Source: Candidatus Eiseniibacteriota bacterium
GTDB taxonomy: Bacteria > Eisenbacteria > RBG-16-71-46
DNA length: 64,000 bases
Assembly (NCBI GenBank): GCA_963717935.1
Contig: CAVQXP010000004.1
Location: forward strand, 288,001-352,000
Direction of reading: 5' to 3'
In this document: positions 9,858 through 20,506 of the stretch, in pieces
Numbering within the stretch: the first letter of the stretch is position 1
How the letters are laid out: each line of letters opens with the position of its first letter
Notes under the pieces: generated by a model
What the model was told of the DNA's origin: nothing
The model's input: only the letters and a program-made list of their open reading frames with translations
The model's database searches: none
Program-made: the position numbers and the translations under genes

Positions 9858-9873
9858 CCGACCTTGAGGATCG
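9858..9873 (+). repeat. 16-bp direct repeat, right copy; also the left arm of an imperfect palindrome extending to ~9898
   Basis: CCGACCTTGAGGATCG; CCTTGAGGATCGAAG...CTTTCGAATCTCATGG forms an imperfect inverted repeat. Confidence 0.85.
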
Positions 9874-9911
9874 AAGGGCAGGCTTTCGAATCTCATGGTA
9901 GCCTCACTGCC

Positions 9912-10070
9912 ATGATCGCCCGTCCGGAACTCCTCGCGTCGTTGCGCGCCGCGCTGCGCCGCAGTCCCGTGGTCGTGCTCGTCGGCCCCCGTCAACGGGG
10001 CAGGACGACTGCCGCCCACTGGCTCGTGAGACCTGGTTCGGCGGCCTGCTTCGACCTCGAGGCCCCGCCC
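9912..10070 (+). pseudogene. Truncated N-terminus of an AAA_14/DUF4143-type ATPase
   Basis: MIARPELLASLRAALRRSPVVVLVGPRQRGRTTAA...CFDLEAP matches the family start with a decayed Walker A (GPRQxGKTT); similarity ends after ~52 aa. Confidence 0.7.
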
Positions 10071-10113
10071 CGCCGGCGGACGCGCTACGCCCGCAACAGG
10101 AGAGACCGAGAAC

Positions 10114-12059
10114 ATGTGCGGCATCGCCGGGCTGTGGGCGCCCGACCTCGCCCCCGCGGAGCGCCTCGCCCTGGTCGAGGGCATGCTCGGCGTCATGCGC
10201 CAGCGCGGCCCCGACGGCACCGCCGTCTGGCAGGGCGACGGCCTGACGCTCGGCATCACGCGGCTCGCCATCGTCGCGCCCGACGAGCCGACCCGCGTCT
10301 ACTGCAGCGAAGGCGCGGACCTGCACACCGTCGTGAACGGCGAGATCTACAACCACCTCGAGTTGCGCACGCTGCTCGCCGCGCGCGGCCACCGTCTCGA
10401 GCCGGGCCCCGACACGGTGGTCGTGCCTCACCTCTACGAGGAGCACGGCCTCGACTTCCCCGCGCACCTGGACGGCATGTTCGCCGTGGCCCTGTGGGAC
10501 GCGAAGACGCGGCGCCTGATCCTGGCGCGCGACCGCGCGGGCGAGAAGCCGCTCTTCTACACCCACACCGCCGCAGGCGGGCTCGCCGGGCGCTTCGCCT
10601 TCGCCTCCGAGCCCGGAGCGCTGGCGGGTCTGCCCTGGGTCTCGCACGCGCCGGCGCCGGGGGCGCTGGCGCGGTACCTCGCGCACGGTTTCTTCGCCGG
10701 CGACGACTGCGCGTTCGCCGCGCTGCGGCAGTTGCCGCCCGCGCACGTGCTCGAGGTCGCGCCCGACGGCATGCGGCTGCAACGCTACTGGCGCCCGTGG
10801 GACGGCGTGCACCCCGCGCCGCGCATGGGCGACGATGTGCTCGCCGACGCCACGCGCGAGACGCTCGCCGAGGCGGTCGAGTCGCGCATGCCCGGCGACG
10901 TGCCCTTCGGCGTGTTCCTGTCGGGCGGCGTGGACTCGGGGCTCGTGGCCACGCTCGCGGCGCGGCGCGGGCATCGCTTCCCGGTCTTCAGCATGAAGCT
11001 CGCGGGCCAGGGCTACGACGAGACCGGCTTCGCGCGGCAGGTGGCCGGACAGATCGGCGCCGAGTACTACGAGGCCGCGATGGACCATGCGGACGGCGAG
11101 GAGGCCATCGAGCTGCTTCGCCGCGAAGATGGACCAGCCGCTCGGCGACCCGAGCGTGCTGCCGACCTGGGCGCTCGCCCGGCTCGCCTCGAAGCACGTG
11201 CCGGTGGTGCTCACCGGCGAGGGCGGCGACGAGTTGTTCGCGGGCTACCCGACCTATCTCGGCCATCGCCTGGCCGCCTTCTCCCGCCGCGTGCCGGACG
11301 CGGTCGCGAACGCGGCGCTCGCGCTGGCGCACCGGCTGCGCCCGAAGCACACGCACGTCAGCATCGCGCACCTGGTCGAACGCTTCCTCGAGGCCCGTGC
11401 CATGGACCCGCTCGAGCGGCACCTCGCCTGGTTCGGCACCGCGACCCCGGAAGCGGCGCGCGCACTGCTCGTCGCCCGCGCTGCGCGGCGCGCTCGGCGC
11501 CGGCGAGGAGCGCGGCTACCTGCGCGACTTCGCCGCGCGCGCGACCGAGGCCCGGCTGCCGGGCTGGCCGGAGCAGCCGGGGCTCATGGTCTGGCAGTTG
11601 CTGGACTTCGACCTCTACCTGGGCGGCGGGCTGCTGACCAAGGTGGACCGCTGCACCATGGCGCACAGCGTCGAATCGCGCGCGCCGTTCCTGCGGCACT
11701 CGCTCATCCGCTTCGCGCTGGGATTGCCCGAGGACGCGAAGCTGCGCGGCAAGACCGGCAAGCGCGCGCTCAGGCTGGCGGCGCGCGGACTGCTGCCCCG
11801 GGCGATCCTCGCGCGACGCAAGCAGGGATTCTCGCCGCCGTTCTCGGTCTGGGCGCGCGGGCCGCTGCGCGGGCTGGTCGAGGCGTGGCTCGCGCCGGAG
11901 CGGATCCGCCGGGCGGGCGTGCTGGACGTCGAGGCGGCGCGCCGGGTGCTCGAGGACCATGTCGCGGGGCGCACCGAGCGCGGGCGCACGCTCTGGACGC
12001 TGCTCAGCCTGCAGATGTGGGCGGAGCGCTGGGTGTCGGGGGACCCGCCGGGCGCCTGA
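10114..12059 (+). CDS. asnB: Asparagine synthase (glutamine-hydrolysing) family amidotransferase with two +1 frameshifts (~11115, ~11470)
   Basis: MCGIAG, NGEIYNH, RDRAGEKPLFY and FLSGGVDS; then LTGEGGDELFAGY; then KVDRCTMAHSVESRAPFL and RRKQGF, in three successive frames. Confidence 0.88.
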
Positions 12060-12213
12060 CCTCGCGGTTCGGCGCGCGGCCGAGCGCGGGCGAGTCGCCG
12101 GCCCGGTGCGTTCCCGCCGCCATCCCCGGACGCAAGGTCGCGCTGGCCTCTCCCCGCGCCCCGCGCTATCGTGCGCCCTCACCGCCGTCCACCACCGAAC
12201 GCCCGGGGATCCC

Positions 12214-13339
12214 ATGAGCCGAGCCGAAGAAGCAGCGCCATCTCACGGGCCCGCGCATCGAGCCGCCCGCCATCACGGGCCGCGAGAGCGTGGCCGAGCT
12301 CATCGACCAGGCCTTCCTCGCCTACAACGCGGCCCGCCTGCGCGAGGGCGCCCGGTTGCTGACCGAGCGCATGCTCGACCCCGACGTCACCGTCGGGCTC
12401 TCGGTCACCGGCGCGCTCACGCCCGCGGGGCTCGGCATGAGCGCGCTGATCCCGCTGCTGCGGGCCGGGTTCGTGGACTGGATCGTCTCGACCGGCGCGA
12501 ACCTGTACCACGACACCCACTTCGGCCTCGGCCTGCCGCTGCACCGCGGCACCTTCCAGGTGGACGACGTCGAGCTGCGCGACGAGGGCGTGGTGCGCAT
12601 CTACGACATCTTCTTCGACTACCACGTGCTGCTCGACACCGACGCGTTCTTCCGCGAGGTCATCGGCGGGCCGGAGTTCCAGCGCACCATGAGCACGGCC
12701 GAGTTCCACTTCCTGTGCGGGAAGTACATCCGGGCCCGCGAGCAGGCCCTGGGCCTCGAGAGCCGCTCGCTGCTGGCCGTGGCCTGGGAGTGCGGCGTGC
12801 CGGTGTACACCTCCTCGCCGGGCGACTCCTCGATCGGCATGAACGTGGCGGCGAAGGCGCTCGAGGGCAACGGCCTAGTGCTCGACGTCAGCGCCGACGT
12901 CAACGAGACCGCGGCCATCGTCTGGACCGCGAAGAAGACGGGCGGCAGGAGCGCGGTCTGGATCCTGGGCGGCGGGAGCCCGAAGAACTTCATGCTCCAG
13001 ACCGAGCCGCAGCTCCAGGAGGTGCTGGGCATCAGCGAGAAGGGCCACGACTACTTCCTGGCCGTGACCGACGCGCGGCCCGACACCGGCGGGCTCTCGG
13101 GCGCCACGCCCTCGGAGGCGGTCTCGTGGGGCAAGATCGACCCCGACCAGCTCCCCGGCACGGTGATCTGCTACACGGACTCCACCATCGGGCTGCCGCT
13201 GCTCACGGCGTACGCGCTCGCGAAGCACGCGCCGCGCCCGCTCAAGCGGCTCTACGACCGCCGCGCGGAGATGATGGAGGCGTTCCGCCGCGCCTACTTC
13301 ACCGAGGGGCGCGGGGCGAAGACCGGGACGAAGGAGTAG
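12214..13339 (+). CDS. Deoxyhypusine synthase-like protein (bacterial homospermidine synthase type); probable +1 frameshift just after ATG 12214
   Basis: [24 protein letters not shown] and [16 protein letters not shown] with the catalytic Lys; the frame of ORF 12290 extends upstream as [15 protein letters not shown]. Confidence 0.88.
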
Positions 13340-13370
13340 AGGTCCGCCGCCGGGCCCGAGGAGTGAACCC

Positions 13371-14829
13371 ATGAGAGCGATCGTCTTCGAGCGGCATGGC
13401 GGCCCCGAGGTGCCCGAGCCGCGCGACGCGCCCGGCCATGCCTCCCGCACCGGCCTCGGCTGGTTCGACGCCGAGGACGCCCCGGCGCGCGTGGACCTGC
13501 GCTCATGCATCCACTGCGGGCTGTGCCTGGCCGCCTGCCCGACCCACCGCACGCTCAAGCTCGAGCCCGACTCGCCGCGCGGGCGCCTCTACCTCATGCG
13601 CGGCCTCTCCGAGTCGCGCATCGCGCCCAGCCACCCGCTGCTCGAGCACCTCGACCATTGCCTGGGCTGCCGCGCCTGCGAGACCGCCTGCCCCGCGGGC
13701 GTGCCCTACGGCCGGCTGCTCGAGGTGGCGCGCGGGCAACTCGAGCGCCGCGTGCGCGAGCGCTCGTTCGCGCGCCGGCTCGGCGAGTGGGCCCTGGTGC
13801 GGCTGGTGCCCGACCGCGCGGCCATGCACCGCGCCGCCGACCTGATGCGCCTGATGCAGAACCCGGTGTTCGAGGCGCTCCTGCGCTCGCGGGCCGCGCG
13901 CGCCCTGCTGCCGGACTTCGCCGTGCGCGGCTGGCAGATGGTCCCGCCGCTCCTGCCCCGCCGCGAGCGCGCTCTCGAGCGGGTGGCGCCGGCGCTCCCG
14001 GCCGGCGCGCGGATGGAGGTGCGCGCCGATGCGCTCGTCTTCCATCCCGCGGGCGTGGCGAGGGCGCGCACCGCCTTCTTCACCTCCTGCGTGATGGAGG
14101 TGATGTTCCCGCGCATCGACCACGAGGCGGTGCGCCTGCTCGTGCTCGCGGGTTGCGAGGTGACCGTGCCGCGGGGGCAGTGCTGCTGCGGCGCGCTCCA
14201 GGCCCACGCCGGGATGCGGCGGCTCGCGAAGGACCTGGCGCGCGCGAACGTGCGCGCCTTCGATCCGGGCGGCTACGACTTCGTGGTCAACGACTCCGCC
14301 GGCTGCGGGGCCGCGCTGCGCGATTCGGGACGAGCTGCTGCACGACGATCCGCTCGCCGCGCCCGCCGCGCGCTTCGCCGCGCGCGTCCGCGACATCGCG
14401 GAGGTGCTGGAGCAGGTCGGCCTGCCCGAGCCGGCCGTGGCGCTGCATTCGGCCCGCGAACCGGCCCGGCCCCTGCGCGTCGGCTACCACGACCCCTGCC
14501 ACCTCGCACACGCCCAGAAGGTGCGCAGCGAGCCACGCGCGCTGCTGCGGCGCCTGCCGGGCATCGAGCTCGTGGACCTGCCGAACTCCGACTGGTGCTG
14601 CGGCAGCGCCGGCGTCTACAACCTCGCGCATCCGGCGATGGCCGACGCCCAGCTCGCGCAGAAGGTGGACTCCATCGCGGCCGTCGCGCCCGAGGTGGTC
14701 GTGGCCTCGAACCCCGGCTGCGCGATGCACATGGCGCGCGGCGCCGCCGAGCGCGGGCTCGAGGTGCGGGTCGAACATCTGGTCGAGCTGCTCGCGCGGG
14801 CGTACCCGCCGCCCGCCGCCCGCGGATGA
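13371..14829 (+). CDS. GlcF-like Fe-S oxidoreductase subunit (two 4Fe-4S motifs plus two CCG domains), +1 frameshift near 14330
   Basis: CIHCGLCLAACP, CLGCRACETACP, CCCGAL and SAGCG; then YHDPCHL, WCCGSAG and SNPGC in ORF 14404-14829. Confidence 0.85.
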
Positions 14830-16118
14830 GCGTCCGGCGCACTCTCCCCCGCGCCGCCGTCGCCGCGCTCTTCCTCGAGCGCCAGCACCTCGGCCGGCCA
14901 CGGGCGCGCAGGCTCACCGCGGCGAGTCTCGTCCGCTTCGCCGAGGACGTGGGCGGCATCCAGATCGACTCCATCAACGTGCTGGAACGCGCGCACCTCC
15001 TGACGCTCTGGAGCCGTTTCGGCGCGTACGATCGCTCCGCGCTCGAGCGGCTCGTCTACCGGCGGCGGCTGTTGTTCGAGTACTGGGCGCACGCGGCCTG
15101 CCTGGTGCCCACGACGCACTTCCCGATGTGGCGGCGCGCCATGCTCGACTACGAGGTCCGCCACACCGGCTGGACGAAGTGGCTGAGGAAGCACGGCCCG
15201 ACCATGAAGCGGGTCGAGCAGGCGTTCCGCGAGCGTGGGCCGCTGGGCAACTCCGACTTCGCGGACGAGCGCCGCGGCAAGCGCATGGCGGGCTGGTGGG
15301 CCTGGAAGCCAGAGGCGCACGCCATGGACTACCTGTGGAAGAAGGGCGTGCTCGGGGTGCATTCCCGCGTGCACTTCCAGCGCCGTCTCGACCTGGTCGA
15401 GCGCCTGCTGCCCGACGCGCTCGAGCTCGAGCCGCCGTCGCGCGAAGCGTTCCGCCGCTGGCACGTGCGCCGTTCGCTCCACGCGATGGGCGCCGCGAGC
15501 ACGGCCGACCTGCGGATGTACCTCTCCTACCCGCGCGCGGCCGTGGCCGAGCGCCGCGCGACGATCGAGACGATGCGGGGCTCCGGCGAGATCGCCGAGG
15601 TCACGGTCGAAGGCGAGCGCGCGCCGTGGCTCGCGCTGGCCGAGGACGTGCCCGTTCTCGAGGCCGCGGCGCGGCGCCGCTCCCCTCCCAGCCGCGGGAC
15701 CACGCTCCTCTCTCCCTTCGATTCGTTCCTCTGGCACCGCGAGCGCACGAAGACGCTCTTCGGCTTCGACTACCGCATCGAGGTCTACACCCCCGGGCAC
15801 CAGCGCGTGCACGGCTACTACTCGCTGCCCATCCTGCACGACGGGGCGCTCATCGGCCGGCTCGACGCGAAGAACCACCGCGAGGCGCGCCGGCTCGAGG
15901 TGAAGCACGTCCACTTCGAGGGCTGGTTCGCGGCCGGGTCCGCCCCGCCGGTCGACGGGCGCGGCCGCGTCGCGCTCGAGCCCGCGCTGGCGGGCCTCGG
16001 CGAGGCGCTCGCCTCGCTCGCGGCCTTCGTCGGCGCCGGGCGCGTCACGCTCGGGCGCGTGAGCCCGGCGAAGCTCGCGACCCCGCTGCGCCGGGCGGTG
16101 GCGGCCGGCGGGTCGTAG
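14826..16118 (+). CDS. YcaQ/AlkZ (HTH_42) family crosslink-repair DNA glycosylase
   Basis: IQIDSINVLERAH (QxD motif), LFEYWAHAAC, LLSPFDS, FGFDYRIEVYTP, GYYSLPIL; ATG overlaps the upstream stop. Confidence 0.88.
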   Translation: MSVRRTLPRAAVAALFLERQHLGRPRARRLTAASLVRFAEDVGGIQIDSINVLERAHLLTLWSRFGAYDRSALERLVYRRRLLFEYWAHAACLVPTTHFPMWRRAMLDYEVRHTGWTKWLRKHGPTMKRVEQAFRERGPLGNSDFADERRGKRMAGWWAWKPEAHAMDYLWKKGVLGVHSRVHFQRRLDLVERLLPDALELEPPSREAFRRWHVRRSLHAMGAASTADLRMYLSYPRAAVAERRATIETMRGSGEIAEVTVEGERAPWLALAEDVPVLEAAARRRSPPSRGTTLLSPFDSFLWHRERTKTLFGFDYRIEVYTPGHQRVHGYYSLPILHDGALIGRLDAKNHREARRLEVKHVHFEGWFAAGSAPPVDGRGRVALEPALAGLGEALASLAAFVGAGRVTLGRVSPAKLATPLRRAVAAGGS

Positions 16119-16281
16119 TCGACGCGCGGCGCCCGCCTGGCCGCGCGCTCCAACCCCATGCCCGGCCCCGCACACCCGGCCCCGCCTAGACCGTCCGCGG
16201 CAGCGGCGGCTACACTTATGGCACGTTCACCGCCTCGTCCGGGCGGTGCCAGGCCTGCACCTCGCCCTTTCGGAGTCCGCC

Positions 16282-18897
16282 ATGCGCCTTGGTCGCCTGC
16301 TCGCCATCTCCGCTGTCCTGTTGTGCGTCGTCGTCGTCGCCGGCCGCCATGGCTCCCGGCCCGGCCCCGGACTGGAACCGTCCCGCGAAGAGGAAAAGGG
16401 CGAACGGGAACCGAGCGAATGGTGGGAGAACCAGCGCGCCTTCCCGGGCACGAGCGTGAACCAGGCGGCCTTCGCCGCCGCGCGCGAGCGGGCGCAGTTC
16501 GATCGCGCGCGGACCGCGTTCACGACCAGCGCGGAGGGGCTCACCTGGACCCAGCTCGGGCCCTACAACATCGGCGGGCGGGTCACCGCGCTCGCCGTGG
16601 CCCCGGGCGGGACCACGATCTACCTGGGCGCGGCCAACGGCGGCGTGTTCAAGTCCACGAACTCGGGCGTGAACTGGACGCCGGTGACGGACGGCCTGGG
16701 CTGGGAGCTGTTCTCCATCGGCGCCCTCGCCCTCGACCCCACCGACGCGAACGTCGTCTACGCCGGCACCGGCGAGGCCAACAACTCGGTGGACTCCTAC
16801 GACGGGAACGGGCTCCTGCGCAGCGTGGACGGCGGGCAGAACTGGCAGTCGCTCGGCCTGCAGGCGACCGCGCGCATCGCCCGCGTCGCGGTGGACCCCT
16901 CGGACCCGAATCGCATCTTCGTGGCCGCGATGGGGACCCAGTTCTCGACCGGGCCCGAACGGGGGCTCTACCGCAGCGAGGACGGCGGACAGAGCTGGAG
17001 CAAGGTGCTGTTCGTGAGCGACTCGACCGGCGCCAACGACGTGCTCATCAACCCCGCGCACCCCGAGACGGTCTACTGCGCCACGCTCGAGCGCGTGCGT
17101 CGCTACACCTACCGGCGCGCGCACGGTCCCGAGTGCGGCATCTGGCGCAGCGCGGACTACGGCTCGACCTGGACGAGGCTCACGAACGGGCTGCCGACGC
17201 CCTCGGACAGCGTCGGCCGCATCGCGCTCGCGCTGTGCGCCTCGAAGCCGTCGATCCTCTACGCCCAGATCGGCTCAGGCTCGGCACTCGGCTGGGTCGG
17301 GCTCGGCATGTACCGCAGCCTGGACGGAGGACAGACGTGGTCCAAGCGTGACTCGGGCGGCAGCTTCAAGAACGCCTTCGGCGGCTTCTGCTGGTACTTC
17401 GGCGACGTGGCCGTGGACCCGAACAACTCCGAGATCGTGTACGCGCAGGGACAGATCCTGGGCCGCTCCAGCAACGGAGGCCAGACGTTCTCGGACCTCA
17501 CGAGCGGCGGCAGCTCCGTCCACGTGGACTTCCACGGCATGTGGATCGACCCGGCGGCCCCGAACCACCTCTACGTCGGGAACGACGGCGGCTTCTTCTC
17601 GACCACCAGCCTGACGACCTGGCTCAAGTCGGTGGACCTGCCGATCACGCAGTTCTACGCCGGCTGCGTGGATCCCTCGAACGCGAGCCGCGTGGGCGGC
17701 GGCACCCAGGACAACGGCTGCATGCTGACCGCGTCCTCGCCCACGGGCTGGTACGAGATCGCGCCGGGCGGTGACGGGTTCTACGTCCTCATCGACCCCA
17801 CCAACCCGAACATCGTGTTCTCCGAATGGCAGTACGGCAGCGGCGGCTACGGGCCCCTCCGCTCGACCAACGGCGGCAGCTCCGGAGCGTACGGCACGGG
17901 CATCACGGTGAGCGACCGCTTCAACTGGTGCGCGCCCTTCGTCATGGACCCGACCGATCACAACGTCCTGCTGTGCGGGAGTCACAGGGTCTACAAGAGC
18001 ATCGACAACGGCCTCGTCTGGACACCGGTGAGCGGAGACCTCACCTCGTACCCGGACCCGCTCTCCGTGCTGAGGTACCACACCATCACCACCCTGGACA
18101 TCTCCCCGGCCGATCCGCAGAGCTACTACGCGGGCACGGACGACGGCCGGGTCTGGCGCTCGATCGACGCGGGTGCCACCTGGACGAACATCTCCGCCGG
18201 ACTCCCCCTCTACTACGTCACCCGGGTGACCGCCGACCCGGTCGCCCCGGGTGTCGTCTATGCCTGCCTGTCGGGCTTCGGTCAGGATGAGCAGTCCCCC
18301 CACGTCTTCCGGAGCACCGACCGGGGCGACACCTGGACCCCGGTCGCCGGCAACCTGCCCGACGCCCCGGCGAACGACCTGATCGTGGACCCCGGCGACC
18401 CGAACACCCTGTTCCTGGCGACGGACGTCGGGGTCTACGTCACCCGCAACCTGGGCGGCGAGTGGAGCCCGTTGGGCCTGGGGATGCCGCTCCAGGCGAT
18501 CTTCGACCTGACGCTCCACCAACCCTCGCGCACCCTGGTCGCCGCCACGCACGGGCGCTCACAGTGGAAGATCAGCCTCGACGCGCTACCCCTTGCGGCA
18601 GGCCCCACTGCGACCCCCGGGCGTATCGCGCTGAGCGCGCCGGCGCCCAATCCGAGCCGGGGCGCGGCGCGCTTCGCGCTGGCACTGCCGGGGGCCGGAA
18701 CCGCGGAAGTCACGGTCTTCGACGCCGCGGGACGGCGCGTCCGAAGTCTGTTTTCGGGAGCCGCCGGGCCCGGCTCTCTGCCGCTCGCCTGGGACGGGCT
18801 CGACGCTCGTGGCCATCGCGCGGGTGCCGGGGTCTACTTCCTCCATGCGCGTGCGTCCGGCTCGACGGTGACGCGGAGACTCGTGCGGGTGGACTGA
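16282..18897 (+). CDS. Secreted BNR/VPS10-type beta-propeller (glycosyl hydrolase-like) with C-terminal FlgD Ig-like domain
   Basis: WTQLGPYNIGGRVTAL, repeated SxDGGxxW Asp-boxes, GGTQDNG, AATHGRS; C-terminal PNP...VFDAAGRRVR...WDG...GVYF. Confidence 0.85.
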   Translation: MRLGRLLAISAVLLCVVVVAGRHGSRPGPGLEPSREEEKGEREPSEWWENQRAFPGTSVNQAAFAAARERAQFDRARTAFTTSAEGLTWTQLGPYNIGGRVTALAVAPGGTTIYLGAANGGVFKSTNSGVNWTPVTDGLGWELFSIGALALDPTDANVVYAGTGEANNSVDSYDGNGLLRSVDGGQNWQSLGLQATARIARVAVDPSDPNRIFVAAMGTQFSTGPERGLYRSEDGGQSWSKVLFVSDSTGANDVLINPAHPETVYCATLERVRRYTYRRAHGPECGIWRSADYGSTWTRLTNGLPTPSDSVGRIALALCASKPSILYAQIGSGSALGWVGLGMYRSLDGGQTWSKRDSGGSFKNAFGGFCWYFGDVAVDPNNSEIVYAQGQILGRSSNGGQTFSDLTSGGSSVHVDFHGMWIDPAAPNHLYVGNDGGFFSTTSLTTWLKSVDLPITQFYAGCVDPSNASRVGGGTQDNGCMLTASSPTGWYEIAPGGDGFYVLIDPTNPNIVFSEWQYGSGGYGPLRSTNGGSSGAYGTGITVSDRFNWCAPFVMDPTDHNVLLCGSHRVYKSIDNGLVWTPVSGDLTSYPDPLSVLRYHTITTLDISPADPQSYYAGTDDGRVWRSIDAGATWTNISAGLPLYYVTRVTADPVAPGVVYACLSGFGQDEQSPHVFRSTDRGDTWTPVAGNLPDAPANDLIVDPGDPNTLFLATDVGVYVTRNLGGEWSPLGLGMPLQAIFDLTLHQPSRTLVAATHGRSQWKISLDALPLAAGPTATPGRIALSAPAPNPSRGAARFALALPGAGTAEVTVFDAAGRRVRSLFSGAAGPGSLPLAWDGLDARGHRAGAGVYFLHARASGSTVTRRLVRVD

Positions 18898-18915
18898 CCC
18901 GCGCGCGCGAGGAGC

Positions 18916-18947
18916 GTCGAGCCCGGGACTCTCGTCCCGGGCTCGAC
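18916..18947. terminator. Perfect 14-bp stem hairpin after the beta-propeller gene
   Basis: GTCGAGCCCGGGAC-TCTC-GTCCCGGGCTCGAC; no strong U tract. Confidence 0.55.
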
Positions 18948-19042
18948 CTCATTCCGACCGCGCTGGAAGCGGCCCGGAATATGCTTGGCAGTTCCGACCG
19001 CTTCAGTCGCGGACAAAACCGGACCCACAGCAAAAACTAGCT

Positions 19043-19070
19043 TTGAAAATGCGGGTTATCCTGCTATACA
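19043..19070 (+). promoter_or_regulatory. Putative sigma70-type promoter of the HU gene
   Basis: TTGAAA-16 bp-TATACA with an extended -10 TG, in an AT-enriched patch. Confidence 0.4.
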
Positions 19071-19143
19071 AGCACCCGGCTAGGGCACAATGAAGTGCCC
19101 GTCCGTTCCGCTACTCGTACCTTCGCAAGGAGAGGATGGAACC

Positions 19144-19434
19144 ATGGCGAAGATGATGACCAAGTCCCAGGTCGCCGCCCACATCGCCGGCAAGTTCGAG
19201 CTCACGAAGAAGATGGGCACGCTGATCCTCGAGGAACTGGCGACGCTCGCGGGCAAGGAAGCCAAGAAGAACGGCTTCGTGTTCCCCGGCGTGGGCAAGT
19301 TGGTCGTGGTGAACCGCAAGGCGCGCATGGGCCGCAACCCGCAGACGGGCCAGCCCATCAAGATCCCGGCAAAGCGCGTTCTGAAGTTCCGGATCGCGAA
19401 GGCCATGAAGGAGCTTGCGCTGAAGGCGCGGTAG
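19144..19434 (+). CDS. hup: HU family DNA-binding protein
   Basis: MTKSQV..., FPGVGKL, RKARMGRNPQTGQPIKIPAKRVLKFR. Confidence 0.95.
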   Translation: MAKMMTKSQVAAHIAGKFELTKKMGTLILEELATLAGKEAKKNGFVFPGVGKLVVVNRKARMGRNPQTGQPIKIPAKRVLKFRIAKAMKELALKAR

Positions 19435-19452
19435 TCCCTCGGCAGACCTTGC

Positions 19453-19484
19453 AAGGGCCCCGGACTCCCGAGACCGGGGCCTTT
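19453..19484 (+). terminator. Rho-independent terminator candidate
   Basis: AAGGGCCCCGG...CCGGGGCCTTT directly after the HU stop. Confidence 0.7.
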
Positions 19485-19546
19485 CGCTTGGCCGCGAGGC
19501 AGGGAGGCGCGGCCGGGCTTTGCGCCGCTCCCCCGCCTCTGTCACC

Positions 19547-20502
<956 letters not shown>

Positions 20503-20506
<4 letters not shown>

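Larger units (their letters stand above)
8486..9873. mobile_element. Small acquired islet with integron-cassette-like organisation (no integrase in the window)
   Basis: Visibly lower GC and many A/T-ending codons; bounded by a 16-bp direct repeat; attC-like sites flank tspO. Confidence 0.55.

Noticed and set aside
9864..12059. 731-aa ORF suggesting an ATPase-asparagine synthase fusion
   Set aside because: Joins the ATPase stub, an off-frame Arg-rich stretch and the frameshifted asnB C-terminus by chance of frame
13371..16118. 915-aa ORF suggesting a GlcF-YcaQ fusion
   Set aside because: Artefact of the +1 frameshift near 14330; glcF ends at 14829 in another frame and the YcaQ-like gene has its own ATG at 14826
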